IMG/VR virus record: IMGVR_UViG_3300042260_000361
Coordinates: 1 to 55,622 of that record
DNA length: 55,622 nucleotides
Direction: 5' to 3' (one strand)
Origin: a virus
Lineage: Duplodnaviria; Caudoviricetes
Shown here: positions 29,901-37,593 of the stretch, piece after piece
Layout: each line of letters starts with the position of its first letter
Numbering within the stretch: position 1 is the first letter of the stretch
Program-made: the position numbers and the translations under genes
Notes under the pieces: generated by a model
What the model saw: the letters and a program-made list of their open reading frames with translations, nothing else
The model's database searches: none
What the model was told of the DNA's origin: nothing

Positions 29901-31123
29901 CAGTTTCACATTCACATTCTAATAAGACTAATTTAGATACTATAAACCAAAACTTAGCAACTACTTCGGATGTTACATTTGGTAGTTTCCATACAACAGG
30001 TACTGGTTCGATTGGAACTAACTTAACTATTTATGGAGATTTAAAAGTATTCGGAACACAATCAATCATTAACTCTGAAAACTTAGCAGTTTCGGATAAT
30101 ATGATTTATTTGAATAATGGTTCGACTGTAACAAATCCTGATTTGGGTATAGTTGGTAATTATAACGATGGGACTTATGCTCATAGTGGTATTTTCTCCG
30201 ATGCATCTGATTCACAAACTTGGAAAGTATTTAAAGGATATACTTTAGAACCATCCGGTTCAATTGATACTTCACATGCTTCATTTGCTTTAGCAGATTT
30301 CAAAGCAGCAAATATAACTGCAACATCATTTAATGGTGTTATTAATGCTACAAATGGTGTATTGAGTGGTTCGGTAGAAAACTACTTACCATCTGGTGTA
30401 GTAAGTGGTTCATCTCAAATAACTTATGCTTCAATCTCATCTATACCTGCTGGTATTGTATCGGGTTCATCACAAGTAGTATATACCTCTCTATCATCAA
30501 TTCCTGCGGGCATAGTGAGTGGTTCATCTCAAATAGATGGTTCTCAATTAGGTTCTAATAAAACTATCACAATTGCAGGAACATCGGTAACATTAGGTGG
30601 GTCTATAACTTTACCAACTATTACTGATGGAAGTGGTATTGTAAGTGGTTCATCTCAAATAACAAAAACATTACAAGATGTAACTACTGCAGGTGCAACC
30701 ACATCAACTGCAATAACAATAACAAACTCAACTGCATCAACGGATACACTAACCGGAGCATTAATTGTATCGGGCGGTATTGGTGTGGGTGGTGATATAA
30801 ATGCAGGTGGTGATATCGTTGCATATGCATCATCAGATAGAAGATTAAAAGATAATATTCAGCCAATTGAAAACGCATTAGGAAAAATAAATCAAATTGG
30901 TGGGTATAGTTTTGACTGGAATGCTGAAAAACAGAATATTTATAAAGGTAAAGATTATGGGGTAATTGCTCAAGAAATTGAAGAAATCCTTCCAGAATTG
31001 GTTGATACCCGAGATAATGGTTACAAAGCAGTTAAATACGATAAGCTAGTATCACTACTTATTGAAGGTATTAAGGATTTATCAAAAGAAGTTGAACAAT
31101 TAAAATCACAATTAAATAAATAG
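26909..31123 (+). CDS. Long fibre protein (1404 aa) with C-terminal intramolecular chaperone (peptidase S74-type)
   Basis: N-terminal ILQLRRG; SQETKNSTL and GVVSGSSQ repeats; C-terminal SSDRRLKDNI...GVIAQEIEEILPELV...KAVKY. Confidence 0.85.
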   Translation: MAAILQLRRGDNSQTGSIHFEESELFYNQSKESLQIGYSSSAEETGNLKTLVRLDDINTGSLNISNDITASNLSLSGNATIGGNINLGGTIVLGDGSGSDQIIINAGLTGSLIPNVDDRDTLGTSDYRFKDLHVVSASIDHILLPGSGILSSSNENFSGFSSSVDSRLIEVYSTASNHENRLDTIETTFSTSVDSRLDYLEGEFSTSVDFRLDSTELFTSSQETKNSTLATYTASVDSSLSQINSFTSSQETKNSTLASWSGSTDLDITELFGTASNHEDRITYLSSSFSQSVDFRLDELESLGSGSNQRLDSLELFSSSQETQNSTLGTYTSSNDTKWSTLGTYTGSNDTKNTDQDNRLSSLEIASGSAITHLSNLETASLYLLNHTHNLELYTQSNDTKFSTLQLYTASIDLDLSQIHSYTSSLKTAFETTGSNVVVLGDLTVRGTSTSIDSTQVNIGDNIIHLNGMGVSNGGLLVTDPVNPSTASGSLLWNTANDYWMAGQWSSESRILLADGDNVVTGSEQVRDLLPNGVVSGSQQIPALLPNGVVSGSDQVTSSLDNRYLEINGDSVVSGSSQIDLTQTTNYTSGIKTRLDAEGVVSGSTQITDGSGLLSSSVDTYNGFSSSVDLRILSLNSFSSSQESKDSTLAIYTGSIDTKFNTIGLVSSSLNSFTSSQETKNSTLASWSGSVDIAISNLNSTTSSLNSFSSSINTTIKTKLDLEGVVSGSDQVTSSLDTRYEGIASSTHTLVSGSNQVTASLNLLYEVSGSVSALVGERFTSGSLGSAAWYHVSNSIQDGNPQVVGNAGAVKAYIDYAMIVAGAGDITAVLAGDGISGGALSGSATITLDTGSIHFNEGIKNKLNTEGVISGSSQILGGSGILSSSNETFNTFSQSVDSRVDALESFSASLEATFVNQSELASATGALEISIATKLNTASFELYSGSVDNSIGLLSGFTSSQESKNSTLSLYTASIDSKFTTLGTYTSSVDNSITLLNAVSHSHSNKTNLDTINQNLATTSDVTFGSFHTTGTGSIGTNLTIYGDLKVFGTQSIINSENLAVSDNMIYLNNGSTVTNPDLGIVGNYNDGTYAHSGIFSDASDSQTWKVFKGYTLEPSGSIDTSHASFALADFKAANITATSFNGVINATNGVLSGSVENYLPSGVVSGSSQITYASISSIPAGIVSGSSQVVYTSLSSIPAGIVSGSSQIDGSQLGSNKTITIAGTSVTLGGSITLPTITDGSGIVSGSSQITKTLQDVTTAGATTSTAITITNSTASTDTLTGALIVSGGIGVGGDINAGGDIVAYASSDRRLKDNIQPIENALGKINQIGGYSFDWNAEKQNIYKGKDYGVIAQEIEEILPELVDTRDNGYKAVKYDKLVSLLIEGIKDLSKEVEQLKSQLNK

Positions 31124-31133
31124 GATATAACAA

Positions 31134-31778
31134 ATGGCACAAATAATCCGTTTAAAGAGGTCAACCACCTCTGGCTCAAAACCGACAATCAGTTCATTAG
31201 AAACTGGAGAAATTGCAGTAAACGTTTATGATGGTAAAGCTTTCATTCGTAAAAGTGGAAGTGTTGATGAAGTAAATGAATTAGTTTCTACCAATACTGA
31301 AACTGCAATTGCAGGTAATATCAATATTGATGGAAGCATTACAGCATCATATTTTTCCGGAGATGGTTCTCAATTAACAAACATTACCGTTGATCAAGCA
31401 TCAACCGTACAAAAATCTTTTTCAAACTCATCTACTTGGGTAATTAACCACAACTTCAATACACCAAATGCAATTGCACAGGTATTTGATGAAGATGGTT
31501 ATCAAGTAATTCCACAAACTTTGAGACATACTAATAGTAATACCGTTACTATTACATTTGAATCGCCAAGAAGTGGTTATGCAGTTGTTGCACGTGGTGG
31601 TCACATTGTTAGTGGTTCTATCGCAGCAAATTCGGTTGAAGGTTTAAGTACAGCAATTACAAACCAAGCTAATTTGTTAGGATTATTTAGTGGTTCTGCA
31701 CAAATAACAATGAGTGGTGATGTAACTGGTACTGCAGCAGGAACGATTATTTCACAAATCGATGGGGGTTCAATTTAA
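31134..31778 (+). CDS. Short fibre/adaptor protein
   Basis: N-terminal IIRLKRS..GE.AVN..DGK, one WVINHNF beta module, C-terminal IDGGSI. Confidence 0.65.
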   Translation: MAQIIRLKRSTTSGSKPTISSLETGEIAVNVYDGKAFIRKSGSVDEVNELVSTNTETAIAGNINIDGSITASYFSGDGSQLTNITVDQASTVQKSFSNSSTWVINHNFNTPNAIAQVFDEDGYQVIPQTLRHTNSNTVTITFESPRSGYAVVARGGHIVSGSIAANSVEGLSTAITNQANLLGLFSGSAQITMSGDVTGTAAGTIISQIDGGSI

Positions 31779-31821
31779 AAAAAATTATATACTTATAATA
31801 TAATAAAAAGGATAAAAAAAG

Positions 31822-33945
31822 ATGATATTACACAGTCCAATAATTTCAGGTTCACTAACCTTTGCCGATGGTTCAACGTTTACGTTGCCAGATAATGGTA
31901 TATATAGTGGTTCGTATAGTGGTTCATTCCAAGGAACAACATATACCGGTGGAACATTCATAGGGAATGGTTCTCAATTAACTTTTGGTGGAACTGGAAT
32001 TGTTTCAGGTTCAACACAACTTACTACTGATTTAGATGCTCGTTACTTAAATGTAGGGGGTGAAGGTGTAGTTAGTGGTTCATCTCAAGTAAGTATTTCA
32101 GCAACCACAGGGTATTCTGATTTTAGTTCTTCATTGGATGGTAGAATTTCTACTGAAAAAGGAAGAATCGATGCTATTTTAGATGCATCTACTGCAGATG
32201 CAGATACTTTTGCAGAAATCGTATCTTTAGTAAATTCAGTTGATACAACTAATGATAATGCTTTTGCAGCATTCTATACTGCAAGTAATGCAGCAGATAC
32301 AGCTCAAAACGCAAGATTAACATCGATTGAATCTGTAACTGGCTCATATGAAACTAAAGGTAGAGGAATCGTTTCAGGTTCATCACAAGTAGTTTATACA
32401 TCGTTATCATCTATTCCTGCAGGTATTGTTTCTGGTTCATCTCAAATTAACTTAGGAAGTGTAAGTGGAAACACAACTTCAAATGTAAATGAAGGAACTA
32501 ATTTATATTATACTGACGCTAGAGTAAAAACTAAATTAAACGCAGAAGGCGTTATTAGTGGTTCAATTCAAGTATTAGGTGGAACTGGAATCGTTTCTGG
32601 ATCATCTCAAGTTAATTTGGCAGATGCAAGTGGAAACACAACATCAAATATATCTGAAGGTTCAAACTTATACTATACTGATGCTAGAGTAAAAACTAAA
32701 TTAGATGCTGAAGGTGTAATCTCTGGTTCATCTCAAGTAACTTACGCTTCAATTTCTGTAATTCCTGCAGGTATTGTAAGTGGTTCTGCACAAGTAACAC
32801 CATTATTACCAGCAGGTTCAGTATCGGGTTCATCTCAAGTAACAATTTCATCTACAACTGGATATACTGCTTTTAGTTCTTCAGTAGATAGTAGAATTAT
32901 TACAGAGAAAGAAAGAGTTGATGCTATTTTAGCTTCTGCAGATGCAAATGCAGATACTTTCGCAGAAATTGTAACATTAATCAATTCAGTTGATACAACT
33001 AATGATAACACATTCGCTTCGTTCTATACTTCTAGTAACAATACGAATGATGCTCAAAATGCAAGATTAACTTCAATCGAATCTGTAACGGGTTCTTATG
33101 AAACTAAAGGTAGAGGAATCGTTTCGGGTTCATCTCAAATAACTTATGCTTCAATCTCATCAATCCCAGCAGGTATTGTTTCAGGTTCTGCACAAGTAAC
33201 TCCATTATTACCAACTGGTACAATTAGTGGTTCATCTCAAGTAACTTATGCATCAATCTCTTCAATTCCATCGGGTATTGTAAGTGGTTCATCTCAAGTA
33301 ACTCCATTATTACCGGTAGGTGTAGTATCTGGTTCATCTCAAATTAACTTAGGAAGTGTGAATGGTAATTCTACTTCAAATGTAACTGAAGGAACTAATT
33401 TATATTACACAGATGCTAGAGTAAAAACTAAATTAAATGCAGAAGGTGTAATTTCAGGTTCAGCTCAACTTACAACTGAATTTGATACAAGATACTTAAA
33501 TACATTAGGTGAAGGAATCGTATCGGGATCATCACAGATAACATTAGCATCCACATCTGGGTTTGGAACTTATATCAACCAAGCAGTATTAACTACATCA
33601 GCAGTAACATTTGCTAGTGTATCTGCAACGGGTGATGTAATCGCATACTCATCTTCAGATAGAAGATTAAAAGATAATATTAAGAACATTGAAAATCCAA
33701 TCGAAAAAGTTCAACAATTAAATGGTGTAACTTGGGAATGGAATTCAAACGCTGATGAATTACAACAATCTTTACCAACGGTAGGGGTAATTGCACAAGA
33801 AGTTGAAGAAGTTCTACCACAATTAGTTCACAATAGAGAAAATGGTTATAAAGGTGTTGATTACGCTAAATTAACTGGTCTTTTAATTGAAGCAATCAAA
33901 GAACAACAAAAACAAATTGACGAATTAAAGTCAAAATTGCAATAA
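31822..33945 (+). CDS. Fibre protein (707 aa) with C-terminal intramolecular chaperone (peptidase S74-type)
   Basis: Many G[IV]VSGSSQ repeats, duplicated DTFAEIV module, three NLYYTDARV modules, C-terminal SSDRRLKDNI. Confidence 0.85.
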   Translation: MILHSPIISGSLTFADGSTFTLPDNGIYSGSYSGSFQGTTYTGGTFIGNGSQLTFGGTGIVSGSTQLTTDLDARYLNVGGEGVVSGSSQVSISATTGYSDFSSSLDGRISTEKGRIDAILDASTADADTFAEIVSLVNSVDTTNDNAFAAFYTASNAADTAQNARLTSIESVTGSYETKGRGIVSGSSQVVYTSLSSIPAGIVSGSSQINLGSVSGNTTSNVNEGTNLYYTDARVKTKLNAEGVISGSIQVLGGTGIVSGSSQVNLADASGNTTSNISEGSNLYYTDARVKTKLDAEGVISGSSQVTYASISVIPAGIVSGSAQVTPLLPAGSVSGSSQVTISSTTGYTAFSSSVDSRIITEKERVDAILASADANADTFAEIVTLINSVDTTNDNTFASFYTSSNNTNDAQNARLTSIESVTGSYETKGRGIVSGSSQITYASISSIPAGIVSGSAQVTPLLPTGTISGSSQVTYASISSIPSGIVSGSSQVTPLLPVGVVSGSSQINLGSVNGNSTSNVTEGTNLYYTDARVKTKLNAEGVISGSAQLTTEFDTRYLNTLGEGIVSGSSQITLASTSGFGTYINQAVLTTSAVTFASVSATGDVIAYSSSDRRLKDNIKNIENPIEKVQQLNGVTWEWNSNADELQQSLPTVGVIAQEVEEVLPQLVHNRENGYKGVDYAKLTGLLIEAIKEQQKQIDELKSKLQ

Positions 33946-33967
33946 AATAATAGAAAAATAAAGGTTA

Positions 33968-33993
33968 AGCCCTTCCTTATATAAGGAGGGGCT
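33968..33993. promoter_or_regulatory. GC-rich inverted repeat AGCCCTTCCTT-ATAT-AAGGAGGGGCT without a T-tract
   Basis: 11-bp stem with one G-U pair in the intergenic region before 34040. Confidence 0.6.
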
Positions 33994-34039
33994 ATTACAT
34001 AACCGAGTAGTTAAATAATGAAAACGGTAAGTCATAAAT

Positions 34040-34882
34040 ATGGCACAAGTAGTAAAGCTAAAAAGAACAGCAGTCGAGGGTAAAATCCCTACAACCGCAA
34101 CTCTTGAATTGGGGGAGTTGGCAATAAATACCTATGATGGTAGGATATTTTTTGAAAAAGATAATGGAACACCAACGGTCCAACAAATAATAACAACTGA
34201 TTCAGTTACTACTGGTTCTATACAACTTACTGGTCTCATATCCGCATCATACTTTTTAGGTAATGGTTCGGAATTATCATTTGGTGGAACAAATCTAGTT
34301 TCATCTTCAGCACAATTAACATCATCATTAGATGAAAGATATTTAAATACCATAGGTGAATTATTCTCAGGTTCGTTTACCGGTGAATATTCGGGTTCAT
34401 TTATAGGAGATGGTTCACAATTAACTAATTTACCATCTGCAGAAATATCACAAGTTGCAACCGTAACTGCATCATTTCAAAATCAATCATCAATTTCGGT
34501 AAATCACAATTTTAATTCAAAAAATGTGATAATATCCGTATATGGTAGTAACGATTCACAAATCATACCCCAATCAGTTGTTTTAACTGATAATAATACC
34601 ACTACAATTGGGTTATCTGGGTTACATAGTGGATATGTAGTAGTTGCTAAGGGTGGTCATTTAATTGCAAATGAAGATTTAACTACTCATAAAGAAATTG
34701 TGAGTGGTAATTCAACTTATACCATTCTTCATAATTTAATCGAAGAATATCCATTAGTTCAAGCATGGAATACTTTCACTAAAAGACAAGAACAACCATC
34801 GATAGTAGAATCTATTGATGAAAATTCTATATCAATTACATTTGCAGGAATATTTAACGGAAAAATTATAATCAAAAAATAA
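34040..34882 (+). CDS. Short fibre protein with two C-terminal beta modules
   Basis: N-terminal VVKLKRT..GELAINTYDGR; VNHNF and ILHNL modules similar to the one in the 31134 gene. Confidence 0.65.
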   Translation: MAQVVKLKRTAVEGKIPTTATLELGELAINTYDGRIFFEKDNGTPTVQQIITTDSVTTGSIQLTGLISASYFLGNGSELSFGGTNLVSSSAQLTSSLDERYLNTIGELFSGSFTGEYSGSFIGDGSQLTNLPSAEISQVATVTASFQNQSSISVNHNFNSKNVIISVYGSNDSQIIPQSVVLTDNNTTTIGLSGLHSGYVVVAKGGHLIANEDLTTHKEIVSGNSTYTILHNLIEEYPLVQAWNTFTKRQEQPSIVESIDENSISITFAGIFNGKIIIKK

Positions 34883-34885
34883 TTT

Positions 34886-35884
34886 ATGGAATATGATGTA
34901 TATTACACTACTGGTGGAGGACCGTGGGTAAATGCTGGTTCTGATACTTGGGTTAATTTATGGATGGAATTGGTTGCACCTAAATTAGATGTAAAACCAA
35001 TACTTTTAATTCATAGAAATAAACCTAAAGGACACGAAGATTATAAATTTCCGATTGAAACTTATTGGCATGGTGATAATATTGAAAAATTCGAAGAACT
35101 ATGTAAAGGTGCAAGAAGAATCAATATCCTACATGGTCATTACACACCAATGAAGTGTATTGTAGATAATAAAGATAAAATACATTCAAACGTTTTACAT
35201 AATTCGGTAGACCATATACTAAAATCACAAATTGGAACTGATGCTTCACTTGCATGGCATCCATATTTAAGTTCTGAATGGGAACAAGAAGTAAATGAAT
35301 GGTCTAAAAACACAATTTGGGTAGGATTGTTTGATATTTTATTTCCTAACACAAATATTCCAAATTTCTACGAATTTAAAAATAACAAAACATTATCAGA
35401 ATCCAATACGATAGGTTTTGCTGCAAGATGTGAAGGTAGAAAGAATCCACATTATTTAGATAGATTGAAATCATACATTTTCACCAATTCCATCGAATTT
35501 AATACAATATGGAAAGATGGTGTAAAAGTAGATACTTCAAAAGCAAAAATATATCACTACAAACCTGAATTTAAAAATATGTTTTATGATATGGATTGGG
35601 GAATCTCACATTCATGTTTTACATCAGAACCATTTGGGTATAGTATATTTGAAGCAGTAGATAATGGTAAATTACCAATAATTCACACACAATGGTGTAG
35701 TGATTTAAAATATCCATACCGAGCTTCATCTAAAAAGGAATTTAATGATATTTATAATAAGTTATTAGAAACGTCATATGATGAAAAAAATCATTGGTTC
35801 AATGAGATTAAATCATATATGATGAATAAATTCACCGATAAAGTTAAATGGGTAGACCAATTACTTTATATTTATAATATATAG
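34886..35884 (+). CDS. Glycosyltransferase, GT-B fold (GT4-like)
   Basis: GFAARCEGRKN and EPFGYSIFEAVDNGKLPI (E-x7-E) motifs. Confidence 0.75.
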   Translation: MEYDVYYTTGGGPWVNAGSDTWVNLWMELVAPKLDVKPILLIHRNKPKGHEDYKFPIETYWHGDNIEKFEELCKGARRINILHGHYTPMKCIVDNKDKIHSNVLHNSVDHILKSQIGTDASLAWHPYLSSEWEQEVNEWSKNTIWVGLFDILFPNTNIPNFYEFKNNKTLSESNTIGFAARCEGRKNPHYLDRLKSYIFTNSIEFNTIWKDGVKVDTSKAKIYHYKPEFKNMFYDMDWGISHSCFTSEPFGYSIFEAVDNGKLPIIHTQWCSDLKYPYRASSKKEFNDIYNKLLETSYDEKNHWFNEIKSYMMNKFTDKVKWVDQLLYIYNI

Positions 35885-35895
35885 GAAACACATCA

Positions 35896-37155
35896 ATGGC
35901 AACATTAACATCAGGACAAACATTAAGTTTAAATGCATTGGCTTCTGCAACGGGTCAAACAGCAAAATCATTATCTGCAGCAAAAGGTAATACAACCGGC
36001 CCAATCGCAATGTCATCATTCGCAATTGATTCAGTTGGTTCAATCACTGGTTATACTTACGCAGTAGAAGGAACATCTGAAGCATATACATTAGGATTTA
36101 ATGGAGCTGGTGGTAATTTTAGTAGAATCAGTAGTAGACCAGGAAACTTTACTTGGAGTGTAGCAGCAGGTTCTTATATTTCATTAACTACAAATAGTGG
36201 TGCATCTGCAACATTTACGGTAGGGACAATGAATCCTCAAGGTGCAGGTTCACAGACATCCTTAATGGGAGTTCAAACTCATACACTTCGTGCAAAGTTT
36301 GCAGATTCATTTAATGATCACGCAACTAATTACAATACTAATATAGATAAGACAGTTTATTCCGTAGATTCATATGATGGAAACTCAACTGCACTTTGTT
36401 TAACGATTGATTCTCCTGTTTTATTAGCAGATGGAACAATTGTAGAAGCAGGTGATTTGAATGAAGGTGATGTATTAAAAGGATTCTCAATCGGTGGATT
36501 GGGAACGGATTCTGATTCAACATTCTTAGATTGGTCATCATCTGATTTATCAAAAACTGAAAAAGATGTAACAATCGTTGGATTAACATATTCATTTGCA
36601 TCTCGTTACTATAACATTAATAATGGTGAAGTTACTGCAACTGCAGAACACCCTATGTTGGTAAAAGATTCAGTTAGTGGTGATTATTCATTTAAAGAAA
36701 TGTTTAACTTAGTAGTTGGTGATAAATTAATCAAAGGTGATGGTAGCGAAGTTAACATCACATCAATTAGTATTGTTGAAAAAACAACTGAAATTGTTTC
36801 AATTGATGTTGAATCTGAAGATACTTATATGGTTAATGGATACATTACTCACAACAAAGGTGGTAATACATTCACAGATTTAGCATCACCGGGTGCACCA
36901 ACATCATTAGCATATGCATCACCATTCGTAAACTGGGTTGCACCATCTTCGGTTGGAACAACTGGTATTACTGCATATGATGTTCAAATAGATAACAATT
37001 CTGATTTCAGTTCTCTTGCATATGATTATTCTGAATGGAGTTCTACATCAATCGAAGTTAATACATTATTAACTGCAGGAACATGGTATATTAGAGTTAG
37101 AGCAATTGATCAAGGATTAAAAGGAACGTGGGCAACTTTAACATTTACTAGATAA
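35896..37155 (+). CDS. Putative virion protein with a central Hint (intein-like) domain and a C-terminal FN3-like domain
   Basis: CLTIDSPVLLADG (block A), TATAEHP (block B), YMVNGYITHN (terminal block); then W.APS....Y.VQ...WYIRVRA. Confidence 0.8.
   Translation: MATLTSGQTLSLNALASATGQTAKSLSAAKGNTTGPIAMSSFAIDSVGSITGYTYAVEGTSEAYTLGFNGAGGNFSRISSRPGNFTWSVAAGSYISLTTNSGASATFTVGTMNPQGAGSQTSLMGVQTHTLRAKFADSFNDHATNYNTNIDKTVYSVDSYDGNSTALCLTIDSPVLLADGTIVEAGDLNEGDVLKGFSIGGLGTDSDSTFLDWSSSDLSKTEKDVTIVGLTYSFASRYYNINNGEVTATAEHPMLVKDSVSGDYSFKEMFNLVVGDKLIKGDGSEVNITSISIVEKTTEIVSIDVESEDTYMVNGYITHNKGGNTFTDLASPGAPTSLAYASPFVNWVAPSSVGTTGITAYDVQIDNNSDFSSLAYDYSEWSSTSIEVNTLLTAGTWYIRVRAIDQGLKGTWATLTFTR
36397..36855 (+). 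other. Hint domain, 153 aa, Cys1 to His-Asn, followed by Lys
   Basis: TGT at 36397, CAC AAC at 36850-36855, next codon AAA; no endonuclease insert. Confidence 0.85.
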
Positions 37156-37221
37156 TATTTTTACGTTTGGGAAAAATCCATATATTTATATATATAGAAA
37201 TACAAACTAACAATATATCAA

Positions 37222-37509
37222 ATGGCAGAACAAATTAAGTTTACGGATGAAGAAATATCACAAATTAACAAATTAAGAGATGATGTTTCCGTAGTTTTTT
37301 TAGAATTAGGACAACTACACTTAGAGAAAAAACGAAAAATAGATGAATTCAATTCGATTGAATCTAATTTATTAGAAACTCATTCTAAATTAGTAGAATT
37401 TGAAACAAATCTTTTTAAATCTCTTAACGAAAAGTATGGCGATGGGAATTATGATCCAGAAACTGGAGTATTCACACCGGTCACAACTGAAACAAATGTT
37501 TCACAATAA
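37222..37509 (+). CDS. Small coiled-coil hypothetical protein
   Basis: 95-aa ORF ending in KYGDGNYDPETGVF; late motif at 37182-37190. Confidence 0.65.
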   Translation: MAEQIKFTDEEISQINKLRDDVSVVFLELGQLHLEKKRKIDEFNSIESNLLETHSKLVEFETNLFKSLNEKYGDGNYDPETGVFTPVTTETNVSQ

Positions 37510-37593
37510 TATAAAAAATAATCTTTACAAAAAGTAGCTAATACTTATATGTGTATCATTACACAACAAAAAATTTAACAGGAGTAATATAAA

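Noticed and set aside
22334-34882. Diversity-generating retroelement acting on the fibres
   Set aside because: No reverse transcriptase in the window and no repeat pair differing specifically at adenines was seen.
36397-36855. Canonical mobile intein
   Set aside because: The +1 residue is Lys, there is no homing endonuclease, and the host protein is not a typical intein target; reported as a Hint domain instead.
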